NCBI GenBank assembly: GCA_964270895.1
Contig: OZ185439.1
Direction: 5' to 3' (one strand)
Length of the DNA: 64,000 nucleotides
Source of the DNA: Podarcis filfolensis
Taxonomy: Eukaryota
The notes beneath the pieces are model-generated. The model was not told the DNA's origin, searched no databases, and saw only the letters and a list, made by a program, of their open reading frames with translations. Positions 26,437-38,718 of the stretch are shown here, piece after piece; the stretch's first letter is position 1, and every line of letters begins with the position of its first letter. The position numbers and the translations under genes were made by a program.

Positions 26437-27839
26437 TTATACGCTGCTTTTTCCACGTGTCGCAAGTGGTTCACAACACAACAGCAAAAATCCGCATCAA
26501 TGCATTACTAGAACAGCCCAGAAAAATGGATTTTAAAGCATGATATGAAAATCCAAACCATTCATTTTGATAATACTAACATTATAGCACCATAAATGGT
26601 TCATGCTTTGCCATGTACTGCCAGAAATGTGCCATGTATTTCTTCCTTTTAAAAAAGTCTTTAAAACTGTGTTTAGTAATTGTTCTCTGCCCAGAGCCAG
26701 ATAGTATGAATGAAGCTCAAAAGGTACACTATAAGATGCTGAGTGGGAAACAGCTAAGATAGCCTGATCTCTCATAAGCCACTGAATTTCTCCATAAACT
26801 TTAATTCCGTTTCAGTAGAAAATAATATTTAAAAGTTCCCCAGTGCCCATCAGACATCTGCAGCTTTGCACGCATTGGGCTGGAACACTGCAGAGAAGGA
26901 ATACATTGGTTCATCTTACTGAGCAATTGGGCAGAATAGTGCCTGTGCATCTTTAGTCCATAAGTATAAGATCCTTCTTAAAAACGGGAGCTGAACTTTC
27001 AGAGAAAGGACCTGGAATATCCCTAATTGTGGCCGGTGCCCCCTCCCCCACCTCAGTCCCTGTGGTATCAGCCCTGTTTAAACACAAATGATTCTCCTTT
27101 TGCCTTCATGATGTATATTCATCTCCAATTTAAGTCTGCCATCTGGTGGAGAGTGATGATCAACATTTAACCAGAGTAATTCCTGCCACAAACCTTTCGT
27201 TATTTTTAAATGAAAACAAGCACAACTGGGGAAGAGAGAAAGCGAGGAGGGTGAAATGGTTTGGAATATTTGAAAGATATTGTTGGGGGCTTGTCCTGAA
27301 TCACTGGAAATTTCACTAATATTCTGCCACTCTGGCCCTAAGTAGATCCTTGCAACAAAAACCAGTTGGTGAAAGAAGCACACCCCACTTTCAAACAATA
27401 AAATATCAAAGCGGGAACAAAAATTGAACAAATGATGTTTCTCTCCAAAGGCAATATTTAGTAATGCCTGATGACTTATATGTGTGCACCCAACAAATCA
27501 TAGGCAATATCTTTCCCATCACTCCAGCACAAGGCTTTCCAGTGGACAGAGTTCATATGTGCAGCTGTAGGTCATCAGGTGTCAGGTAATCAAGTGATGT
27601 ACATGGATGTGTGAACCAACCCTGAAAATCTCTGGATCACAATTCCCAGGTCAAATCCAAACCTGCCCATGCAGCGTATAGGCAAGCACCCATCTCATAC
27701 AGAACTCTCCATACTCCTTTGGTTCCTCAGAATGCAACCTGTCTAAAGGAATGAAATAGCACTTCCCCCAGTCTCAAGAAGGCTCTGTGGGGAGGATGTT
27801 TGTAATTATCAGATTACCCCCATCCTGATCACTGTAAAG

Positions 27840-27975
27840 CAGGCATGGCCAGTCTTGGCCCTCCAGATGTTTTGGGACTACAACTCCCATCATCCCTAGC
27901 TAACAGGACCAGTAGTCAGGGATGATGGGAATTGTAGTCCCAAAACATCTGGAGGGCCAAGTCTGGCCGTGCCTG
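27840..27975. mobile_element. hAT palindromic MITE
   Basis: TIRs caggcatggccagtcttggccctccagatgttttgggactacaa and its reverse; 8-bp TSD ctgtaaag / ctataaag (7 of 8). Confidence 0.85.
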
Positions 27976-28045
27976 CTATAAAGCAAATTTTGTAAGCCTT
28001 TGTACTCAGAGGAATTCTAACAAATTCTCTTTTTGATCCGAACAG

Positions 28046-28237
28046 CATCACATGGACCCATCCAGCAATTTTTGCAATTACCGAACAGCCCTTCAAGGAG
28101 CAGCACAGAGATCGCAGACAGCACACAGCAGCAGGGAGAAAATAGTCATCCCCGTTTTCAACCTCTTCATTAAAGATATCTACTTTCTGCATAAAATACA
28201 CACCAACCACTTGCCCAACGGACAGATAAACTTCAAG
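28046..28237 (+). CDS. RASGEF1A: RASGEF1A coding exon
   Basis: cag|CAT...AAG|gtacag; 192 nt; HHMDPSSNFCNYRTALQGAAQRSQTAHSSREKIVIPVFNLFIKDIYFLHKIHTNHLPNGQINFK. Confidence 0.95.
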
Positions 28238-28619
28238 GTACAGCTTGTTTTGCAGGCAGTGAATGAAGCAGTTGCACAGTGAGCGCTGCAGGCATACAAA
28301 ACATCCAAGCAAAAGAACAGAATGCCATATGTAGTCAGTGAGGCTTGCCACTTGGCCATTTTTATACCGATCTGTTTGCATTCTGTTCCTTCAGAATAGG
28401 TTTGTCACAGCTTGCTCACAGCCTCACGTTCAAACTAGAGCAATTAACCAATCAGGGGCGGGGGGGGGGGTGGAATTGCATTTGAAGTGAGTGCATCTCA
28501 GCAATGAGAAAAATTTGGGTTACTTGCTATCACAACATTGAACACAGAACCTCTGACTCCTATGTCCCCATCTGTAGAAGATGGAAGTGCTGGCTGGATA
28601 ATGGGCAGGGGATGAAACT

Positions 28620-28690
28620 ATTTTACCTAGTGGTTAGAGTACCAGAACAGGACCTGGGAGACTTGGGTTCAAATCCCTGCTCAGCCCCAA
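28620..28690 (+). mobile_element. MIR/Ther1/Squam3-like SINE head fragment
   Basis: tagtggttagagt...gggagacttgggttcaaatccctgctcagcc. Confidence 0.5.
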
Positions 28691-29177
28691 AGCTGGTGTT
28701 GCCAGGATTGCACAGAGGAGCTGGATGCATGATCGGGTGCTTCTACATGGGAGGAGGGAGTGAGGTGGCTGCTGCTATGTGCACAATTGCAGCAGCTCTA
28801 AAAAGGCCCATTGCAGCTGTGCCAACAAAGGTGACAGCAAATCCATAGGGATGTATCCAGTGCTGTCCTAGTGCTTGTGCAACAAAACTCCTTGGCTCTT
28901 CCTGCACATACCTCAAACCAGCTCTGGAGGGTTTGGGGGACTCTGGAGCACATTCTGGAAGGAAGGATGCATGGGGAAAGGAAGAGAAAGTTATGTTTTG
29001 TGCAGCACTGGATGCAGCCCATACAGTTGACAAGCCTTTTGATGGCCCTGTTTCCTGGGGGGGGGGGCTGTACACTGTCATCTCCAACCATTGAACTACA
29101 GGCTTAACCAAAGTTCAGAAGGTGGCATGAAATAAACAATAATGAAATGCTGATTTGAATAATTTTATCTCACACAG

Positions 29178-29301
29178 AAGTTCTGGGAAGTTTCAAGGCA
29201 AATCCACGACTTTATCACATGGAAGCAGGTGGAGTGTCCTTTTGAGAAGGACAAGAAAATCCAGAGCTACCTGCTCACAGCACCTATTTATAGTGAAGAA
29301 G
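29178..29301 (+). CDS. RASGEF1A: RASGEF1A coding exon
   Basis: cag|AAG...GAA G|gtacga; 124 nt; KFWEVSRQIHDFITWKQVECPFEKDKKIQSYLLTAPIYSEE. Confidence 0.95.
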
Positions 29302-29946
29302 GTACGATTATTCGGCAGCTCACGCAAAATTTGCTCGTTTCCACAAACAACATGTGCAAGAGGCTCAATGGTGAAAGTGAAAATGGGCAAATTTGTCAAC
29401 AGCTGTGGATGTTGTTGGTGCTGAAGAGGAAGAGATATAAACTCTGCAACCGACAAGCCTAAACCACGTGGCAGTATTCTAAGAATCCATTAATCCATTA
29501 GAGGATTCCTTCTGCTGTTAGGGCTCCGTTTGAAAGGATACATACTTGCAAGGCTGCTGACAATAATGCAACCACAATGTTTTATAGGCTTAGGGTCCAA
29601 GGCGGCAGGTGTAGTTGTAACTATCCATGCTTTACAGAATACCATGGAGATAAGAGGGGGGAAATGTATTCTATCTTTTATGTCTCCTAAAATGCTATCG
29701 TTTGACATCATTATGGCTATAAAAGGAGAAGGGCTGTAGCTCTGTTGCGGAAGGAACAGACAGGGGTGGGAATGTTCCCTGTCCCAAGTTGTGGAAAGAC
29801 ACTGCCGGTCAAAGCAGTACTGAGCTAGGTTGGGCAATGTTCTTATTACATATAAGGCCACTTCCTCTGTTCCTATGTCATCAATATCCTGTTACATGTT
29901 CTGACTGACTTCCCGTCCTTCTCTGCCCCACCCTCCCAACCCTCAG

Positions 29947-30019
29947 CTTTGTTTATTGCATCATTTGAAAGTGAAGGTCCAGAAAATCATATGGAGAAAG
30001 ACAGCTGGAAGACACTCAG
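29947..30019 (+). CDS. RASGEF1A: RASGEF1A coding exon
   Basis: cag|CT TTG...CTC AG|gtaatg; 73 nt; (A)LFIASFESEGPENHMEKDSWKTL(R). Confidence 0.95.
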
Positions 30020-31100
30020 GTAATGAAACCAGTTCCTTGGTTCTTTCTCATCCTGTGAAATGCAACCTACACTACCGACCTTTTTGAGCCTTCAGAAATT
30101 TGGCATGGGAGATACACATTAGGTAAAGAAGAGGTGCCGCCAAGGTTCGCCATGCTCATGGACTCCATGATGCTTGCCTCAATTGAGAGGCGAGAATTAG
30201 AAGATAATTAATTCTTCTCTAGCTCAAATTAAAATCAAAGCCACACAAGACTTATTGGTCTATTTCTGCTTTGAAGGACTACACTGAAAGCCAAACACCC
30301 AAACCACCCAGGGGAACATAACCCCCATGCAATACATGATTGCACAGTATGTGAAGGGGGGGGGGATGACATTGTACAATGCTCATCTTTGTTGAAAAAT
30401 AGAAAGCCAACACAACCAGCAAAGGACTTCTCCCTGGTCTACTAGTTTCCTTTTTGCAGGATGTTTTGTGTGGGTTTTTAATATTTAACTTGGATAGTAT
30501 TGAGAAGTGATATTTCCCACCTGTTGCCTGAGGCACTACAGCCCATCAACATTCTGCAATCTTATTTTCACTTCATTTTGCAGCAAATTTAAATGCAACG
30601 CAGTAGAACAGCTCTGAATTGCACAGCAGTCAAGGCCTTGCTTGACATAGGCTGGATCCAAAATCACTTTTTGGTTGAGAGATACAGTGTAGGTGTAGTA
30701 GCTAAACTCAAGTATTAGTCTAGATTTTTTTAATATAAAAAACCAACCAACCAGGGAACACCAGTTCCCATATCAAGGGCCAGAAACCTGATCTGTGGTC
30801 AGTTTTCAATACATGGTTGAGGACTGGCAAGTCATTATCAAATGATTGAGAATACTGGGGTAAAGACAGGTAACAGAGAAAACTAGAAACCTAATCATCC
30901 AGCTATGCAGTTGGGAGATCTGAAGCCAAGCTTAATGGGGCAGCCAGACATCAATAGCTGGGAACTTATACCAGCGAGTAATCTGAGCTGATCTCAAGTA
31001 TATTCGCAGTTGCATCTGTTTCTCTTAATGTAACTTAAGGTGACAACATTTAAGACGATTTGCTGACGTTATCTTTTCATTTTTATCTCTCCGTTTTCAG

Positions 31101-31125
31101 GACAACTCTGCTCAACAGAGCCTGA
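31101..31125 (+). CDS. RASGEF1A: RASGEF1A last coding exon (stop TGA at 31123-31125)
   Basis: long pyrimidine tract, then cag|G ACA ACT CTG CTC AAC AGA GCC TGA = TTLLNRA*, the RASGEF1A-type C-terminus; synteny with CSGALNACT2 supports paralog 1A rather than 1B/1C. Confidence 0.92.
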
Positions 31126-33024
31126 GATTTTGGACTTCTGCTCTGGATTCTAAAGCACACACTAAAAAAAAACATTGTTTTTAAATCCTCGAAGACGTGA
31201 TTTGAAACAGGAAGGCCTCACTGGTTGGGGTCTGTTTTGTAGATACAATGCCTTTTATGAATTACAGAAGAAAAAAAATGTGCTAAATATTTCACATCAA
31301 CCTTAAGGCACTTAAAAAAATGAAGGATTTTGTTTTTTAACTATAAAAAGAAGAAGAAAAATCAAGGGCCGGGCCCTGTTCTCAGAGATGAAATGGATTG
31401 TAGGGAGTGGTATCTATGGTGGTGTCTTATTGTGATGACATCCAGATCTTTATTTTCATGTTCGGTTTCTTCCACCTAACACACGCACAGTCTCAGACGG
31501 GCTCAACATTTTGCAGGTTTGGTTTCCGCTATGCCTTGATCCACCCAACGCTTCCTGAAAATAAATGTTGTCATGTGGGGCTGATGCGTTTGAAATCAGC
31601 AAGGCTTCCACAGACCTAAAGAGGGACAAGCGTGTTTCCCAGAACAGGTGCAGGTTGACTAAGGACAGTATAAGCACAGAGCCCTTGGTTGAACTATAAC
31701 CCTCATTTTGGGCATCTGATATTTTTGAAGAGCTTGCTTCTCCTGCTGCATCACAGAAAACAGAAGGCAAAAAGCAGCTTCCAAGCCACACCTTGTTGCC
31801 CCCCCTTTTCCATCTAGTGAAGTAGGAAAAGCCTATGAAAGCTCACACCGCAACAGATCTATGAGTTTCCAACATGCCACAGGTTTCTTTGTTGCTTCTA
31901 TTGCAATGGATTCTACACTGCTACACTTCTGGAATTTCTTCTCAATGTTCTGGGTCCCCCCCCCCTTTTTTTGTCTTTATGCTGCTTTCCTGGCCTCATT
32001 TACTTTGTGGAGCACTAGAAAATTGTGCTCTTGGGGCCAATTTATACAGTCAACAGAGTCAAGCAGTAAAGCTTGGAGTGTACCGCTATAGACAGAGGGG
32101 TGGTGTTGCTTTCATGTGTGAATGTTCAAATAAAAGAAACATACCTTGGAGAAGATTTTTCTACCCAATATGCTAGATTTCTACATACAGTGCCTTGGAT
32201 CATAAGATACACTAATGTAAGGGAGTTCATGGAAGTCAAGTGTTCCTTCTCCTCCCCCTGCTTCTTTGAAGGAACAGGGCTCCCTCCTGAATAATGTGGG
32301 ATGGGCTACTGCAGCCTCCCAAATTGGACTTGGAGTTTACTTAAGTTCATGGACTAAAAATTTCCTGTCTCATCCTCTCCCAACAGCTCCCTGCAACCCA
32401 TCCCAAATAATTTAGGAGGGCTCCCAATCACCCAGAGAAGTGTCTTTTGTTTTTAAGAGGCCAAGATTGCCACAGGGCAGGGGGAACAGTGGGAAACTTT
32501 CTTTCCATGAACTTCCATAAGTAAACCTCTCTTAGGATCCAAGCCAATTCTTTTGTTTTTCTGGAGAGCACACAAAAGCCTATCCACCCCCACCTGTAGC
32601 GGTCCAGATCAGGTCCAGCTTCACCATTTAATTCTGCCAGTTTTGTTAAGTTTGGTATGATTGGCAGACAGGCCGGTAGTCCCACCCACCTGTCAGAGTT
32701 GGCCGATGGAGGTGGGGGCAGGGCGGAGAAAGATCTGGCCCACAAGGCCGAAAAGGTTCCCCCCACCCCTGGTGTAAATAGACCCTTGACTGCAAGGAAA
32801 CAGTGCGGGAGCCTCTGCAGTTCAGCACAAAGACTGTCTCCTTTAGTCTGGCCTTAAAAACCACTGTAGCAGCATGGCTGCTCCCCTCTTACATCAGAGA
32901 ATAGTGCCTTACAAGGTACTGAAAATGTTTAGCGTACCTTCTTCTGCAACTCGGGTTGGAAGCAAGCAAAATAAAAATATGGATGTCTTTAATAATTAAA
33001 AAAAAACCCAGCTACAGCTTTGTA

Positions 33025-33030
33025 AATAAA
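33025..33030 (+). terminator. Candidate polyadenylation signal of RASGEF1A (alternatives at 31560, 32129, 32970)
   Basis: AATAAA hexamers downstream of the stop; which one is used cannot be told from sequence. Confidence 0.3.
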
Positions 33031-35307
33031 CTGGAAGATATGGCACATGAACTAGAGTATACCTACAGTAATGGTGCAGCAGAACTTATTTTTGTTACAA
33101 GGTTTGACAAGGTAAAATAGGATAATTGCTAGATCCTCCTTCATCTTTCCTCCTCCCCTACCCCTCCTTTACTAGACCCAAGAAGTCTTTAGTTTACATT
33201 TGTGTGTTTGTTTATCAGGGATTTTAAGAGAGGGAGAGTACAGTTGTCACAGTCTCAGCAAAAGATTAACTGCCAATGATGTGTTGTCTTTTACAAACTA
33301 GCCTCTGACTAACAAATCCTTAAATTAGTCGGAGGAGGTCAACCAGAGTATTGCAACACAAGGTTCAAGGTGGACTTTATAAAAAGGCTTTGCTAAGTTA
33401 AGGTGAGCTCAAAGATCAGGTAAAATATTAAACCCATTGGTAGCCAGTGTGGTGTCCTCTGGAAGCTGGTATATTGCACCTCCCAGCAGCCTCAGCTGAC
33501 AAAGCCAATGATCAGGGATAATGGGAGCAACTTTTAGAGGACCACATTGGTTATTCCTGGGTTAAAACATCCTGCAGTGAATTTGAGAACAGTTTGCTGC
33601 TGCCATGCATTGCTTCTATTGGTAGGCCAATTGACTATCGATATTAGTTCATGCCCCCTGACCTTATGATAACATGTAAGAGCAATTTACCCGATTAAGT
33701 AACTTTTGTAGTTATAGCTGTTTATAATATATACAGTCATGCTCAGAGTAGGGCCACTGAAATCAATGGATATGACTAATTTGGCTCCATCCATTTCAGT
33801 GGGTCTACTCAGACTGATGCTGGAGACAACCCAATATATGTAATGTGAAGTCACCTTTTGATACCTAACTCCTCCTGGGATGATGGAGCTTGTTGTATAA
33901 TTATTGGTGACAGTGGAACTTGTAAGGGGTTGTCAAGACAAACCACCACATTCTGGTGCAATCACAGCTGTGCAAGGCACAATTTCAAATTTATAAGCAT
34001 TGCAATGCCTCCCTTCTTAATTTATTATATTGCTTTGAGGAAACGCTTCCTACTCATCATAAATCTCCTATCATGCTATTTTGATATTTTCATTTCTCAG
34101 AGCTACACTATTTTCCCTGCTCCTTTGAAAGACTTCAAGCTGTCCTCACACACAAGCCACATCACTTGATTACTCAGGCGGCAGCTGAATGTGTGAATTG
34201 ACTGCAATAGAAGAGTATTGCATTTGAGGTGCTCACTTACATGCAAAATCATGATTTGATGTTTCACTTTTCAAGTGCCGAACATCCATATGCGAACCAG
34301 CCCATAAGAGCAAAACCACCCCATTTGGAACAAATCCCTACAGACCAAGTTTAGGAGCATATTCCAAAACCAATTAAGCTAGCCTAATTTAACTTATTTT
34401 TAATTGTTCTTGAGTATGTGGCTAATTCACTGATAAGAATCATTAGGCTTCAGATTTCTCAGTTGCTTAAAAATCTTGTTACTATCCAGCTTTTTCCTAA
34501 TTAATTTTTCAGTTAGACAAAAAACAAACACCAAGCACTGGATTAAAAATACTTGTTTTAATTAAGTGATAATTATATATTATCATGTACCTACTACTTT
34601 CTCGAGAACAATTAAATTAAGAACCCATAGTGGGCCAATTAATATACCATATTTGCAACACCTAAAAACATAAATGTGTGAAAAGATCTTACTATTCCAC
34701 CCTACCCCTGTTTTCAAGTTAATACATGTTTCTCTGAGAAGAAAACTCAGTTTTATTGAAAAAACAAATATGATTTGTCAAAGCATTTCACTGCCACCAC
34801 AAAAATTGTTCAGCGAATAAGGCAAAACAAATTAACTAAACAGAAGCAATGGAACAGATTTATACACATCAAAAGAGGAAACAGAATATTATGTATTAAC
34901 AGAAAGATGGCCCCACAAAGACAGAAACAGAATTAGTGGCTTTGATTATTTGTGACCTGCTGCTATCCCCCCCACCCCCCAATGCTGAAGTATTGATCTT
35001 CAGCCCTAGAGGTAAGAAAATATTTATACTGTATTATTACAGTGGGTTTTTTGCACTTTTGGAGATGTCCTAGCTAGCAACATTGTCAAACATTATGAAA
35101 GGGATTGTATATCAGCTTTGTTAATGTATTTGAAATTTACAAAAGGATGCTTTAAATTTCAGAGATATATATTTGAAATGCAGTTCTGGGACACTTTGTG
35201 TATACATATTTAAGAAGACAGAAAAAGCTTTTACATGAACGTGCACTCCAGTGGTCAATTGGTTCTAGTATATATACTTGAAAAGGTGCCATTTCTATAT
35301 GGCTTTC

Positions 35308-35354
<47 letters not shown>
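35308..35354 (+). repeat. (TAT)n microsatellite
   Basis: direct read. Confidence 0.95.
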
Positions 35355-36049
35355 TCTTTTCCTTTGGTTTGATACATTCCTTCGCCATCCGTGTTTTTGT
35401 TATTCTGAGCTGAATTGCTACATATAAAGCTGTACCATAAAGCAGGATATTCTGTGTTTGACTAGATGTGCTTGCATTAATAAAATCAGAATTGCTTCAA
35501 CCAGGCAGCATGAATCGTTGTCACTTTTTCTGCTCCCGAAAAGTAGGAATTCAGAGGTTCCCAGGCCATTTTTCAATGTGTAAAGCAGCAAGCTGATTGG
35601 ATGAGGCGAATTAAGAGATTCTAGGGGAAACCCACAGGGCTGAACCAAAAGAGGACTGACATAGCATCACAGCATCGTGAACAAGAGTGTTAGCTGAAGT
35701 TTCCAGTTCAAACATCAATCTGGGAAAGAGACAAGCCTCTTACCCTCAGCACACACCCATTCCCAGCCTCTGACAAAGATAATACTGGCCAACCTTATAA
35801 GATTGTTGTAACGATTACTAACATCCATTCAGCCTTTAAGCACTTAAGTGTCTCCTTTATTTATTATTATTTTTTAAAGCTAGCCTAACAAAACAGTACT
35901 CTCAGCCTGCAGACTATGTCGACAAACATCCTAGCTAAGGAGACATTTCAGTTTCTGTCCTGGTGTGATGGGGTCATGATATAATGCTAATGTTTTACCA
36001 ATAGCCACTTCCATACCCTCCACTGCCCCGCATGAAAATCAGGACACAA

Positions 36050-36190
36050 CCTGGATGGGGACCTGTGACCCTCCAGATATTGCTGGACTACAACTCCCAT
36101 AATTCCTGACCGCTGGCCATGCTGATTAGGGCTGGTGGTTATAGTTCTCAGTTCAACAATATCTAGAGTGATACAGGTCCCTCAGCTCTG
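36050..36190. mobile_element. Degenerate member of the same palindromic hAT MITE group; similar remnants near 10920-11050, 20040-20160, 20360-20480, 33437-33560, 44150-44280 and 61670-61790
   Basis: shared core ctccagat...ggactacaactcccat...gggatgatgggagttgtagtcc; boundaries approximate. Confidence 0.6.
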
Positions 36191-36508
36191 CCCTACATCA
36201 TTCAAATCCCCTATATAGTAACTGTACACTAGGTATCAAAAATAGGTCCCGAGAAGCATTAGGAAAGCAAACTTTCCTTCCAACACAGTCAAACAAAGTT
36301 GGTTATAACCCAACATAGAAATCTATGGCTGAAGGCCAACAAAATTAAAGATTTAGAATTACCTTACAAGCTGGGGTCCCTCTATTTATTTATTTAGGCT
36401 TATTTCTAAACTGATTATTGTTGAAATAAGCAGGGGATGGTATAAATAGAAAATAGACTCTAAAAATCGTCAGTATAAAACGTACCAAAATAAAAGAGCA
36501 CCAGAAGA

Positions 36509-36972
36509 TGGTAATACAAGGCTGCGGTGGACAGGATTTCTGACAGAGAAGAGCCCAAGTGAAGTGTGAAGGGGCGTTTATAATGGGCCACAAAATGTTG
36601 TCGCTTACACACAAATGGGCAACTCCTGTTGCCCCCCCCCCCAGCAACACAAATTAAAGGCAACAGAGTCCCCAAATGGACATTTTTAAATTTAGGCACC
36701 TCGTTCGCCCTACGATGTGGCTCAATGCAGGAAGACACTCCGACAAAAAGGCAGGAACTACTGCCGGGCAGGTTGCAATTTAACAGTCCCTGGGAGTGTC
36801 CCCATTGGCTGGTTGGGCCTGCTCCCAGGGGAACACCCAAACAAGGGCTGCTGGCATTGGCCAATAGCCGTGTGATTTGGTCTGACATTGGTCAGATCAC
36901 TTGCACAGTTTGGGGCCTGGCCACAGCATCACCCACCCAGGAAGGTGAGCGGACTTACCTAGGCTCTTCACA
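36509..36972 (-). mobile_element. Probable solo LTR (Gypsy/ERV-like)
   Basis: minus strand starts TGTGAAGAGCC and can end ...TTACCA; three CCAAT boxes, a TATA-like TTAAAT, a poly(A)-like ATTATAAA; 4-bp flanks aaga / aagg (1 mismatch). The left boundary is uncertain. Confidence 0.45.
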
Positions 36973-37106
36973 AAGGAAACTACAAATATCCCTTTACTTT
37001 GTGAGGACAAGATTGCTGTTGAAAGGCACCTGCCCTCTTGTGTCTTCAGCAGTTGGTTGCCTAGCAACACTGTTTCTATTCGACCCCCCAGGATTCCATA
37101 ATCAAG

Positions 37107-37187
37107 AGTCATAGAATCATACAGTTGGAAAAGACCAGAAGGATCATCTGAGCTAGTCAACCCCCTGCAAGCAGGAGGTGACTGAGT
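37107..37187 (-). mobile_element. CR1-type 3' tail fragment
   Basis: catagaatcatacagttggaaaagacc...aaccccctgcaagcagga is the reverse of the CR1 tail. Confidence 0.55.
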
Positions 37188-38581
37188 GCCAGGTGAGTTC
37201 TGCTACAGGACAAGTCGATGACAAGGGAAACCTCTCCCTTACAAGAGGGAGAATAGTTTGTATATAGCACAAAGGGGTGTCTTTTATATGCAAGGCAGAT
37301 TGTGCAGCAATAAGTCAGAGCACATGTGCCAGCCTTCTTTGCCCCTACTAGAATTCTGGGAAGCCAACAGTCACTGGGGAAAAGATCCAGTCATTTCCAA
37401 TAAGGAATTGACTGCTTGTCATAGGCTCAGGACACAAAAGTGTGCCAGAGACTTTGGCTTAGTGACAGAACCTCTTCATACAGAATGTGCTTAACCTTAG
37501 TTGTTGGCTTTTAAGTGTGCAACTAAAATATAGTGCAAATGCAATGAACAGGTATTTGAGAACACCTACCACATAGCAAGCTAAGAAAACTAGCCACAAA
37601 CCTTGCAGGTGACTCCATCAAACACAGAATCAGAGTTCTTCAGTGAACACACCTGCAGGGCAGAAATGCAGCATGCCAATAAATCACTAATTAATTAATC
37701 TACAAAAGAGACTAGCCCACAAAAAAGTAGTAGCTTGCCTGCCTACATATACAATAATATGAATACTTAAAGTACGGTAACTTTTGAACAGCATTTCTGC
37801 TTGGTCCCATGGAGCATAATCTGAGCTGTATCTACTCAGAAGTCAGTCCTATTGAATTCAGTTGGGCTTACTCTCAGGTAAGTGGTCCCAGGACTGCAGC
37901 CTTATTCACCAGTGAATTTTCCAAGTGTTCATTCTGGGGAATGGCCATGCAAACAGGACCTTGGTCTGGCTGGCTCCTGTGATGGTACTTGTCTTATACC
38001 TCTGAATCCCTGAACTTTTAGGTCAGGATAGATAGCCTGTGACCCATGGCCTAATTTTGTGGGTGGCAAAGAGGGCGAAAGGCAGGGAGAAGGGGTGTTC
38101 CCCCACCAGATTACCCTCAATAGGATGCAGCCCTCACCAGAGAAAAGGTTGCCTACCTGTTTTAGGCAAAGGTGATTCAAGAAGAGGCATTCCTGGGATA
38201 AGTGTAGTCTGATTGACTCTGGAAATCTGGCTTTGAGTGCTCTTTTTCTGTACTTCCACATCTAGTGGTCTCTGCTGTCAAGAAAAGCCTTCTTTTGCTT
38301 AGGCCTTCACCAAACACTTGTTTCTATAGGCTTCTGAGTAACCAGATAACTGAGTTCTGGTGAGAAAGGAAGCTCTTACTAATAAGGATGAGATCATGGA
38401 TTGAGTGCACCTGTGTTCTTTAGTGATGGCTGTGAGCTCAAGGTCAGTTTGGCTGCCTGCTTGATTAACAGCAATTGTGGATCTGTGAGAATGCACTTAC
38501 TGAAGTCCTAGAAAGTTAGTGTCAGCTGAGCTTCTAGTTGGTTGGGAAATTCTGATGCAGTTCTTAGGTCATTCTCTAGAA

Positions 38582-38718
38582 CAGGGTTTCCTAAACTTGG
38601 GACTCCAGGTGTTTTGGAACAACAATTCCCATCATCCCTGACCACTGGGTCCTGCTAGCTAGGGATGATGGGAGTTGTAGTCCAGCAACAGCTGAAAACC
38701 CAAATTTGGGAATCCCTG
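38582..38718. mobile_element. hAT (Charlie-like) palindromic MITE
   Basis: TIRs cagggtttcctaaacttggg / caaatttgggaatccctg; perfect 8-bp TSD CTCTAGAA, matching the Charlie-type NTCTAGAN target. Confidence 0.88.

Noticed and set aside
27896-28381. 161-aa minus-strand ORF
   Set aside because: It is the antisense shadow of a RASGEF1A exon plus a palindromic MITE, with no protein-like features.
36629-37114. 161-aa plus-strand ORF and the overlapping 142-aa minus-strand ORF
   Set aside because: They overlap the GC-rich LTR-like element, show no gag, pol or env motif, and are expected by chance at this GC content.
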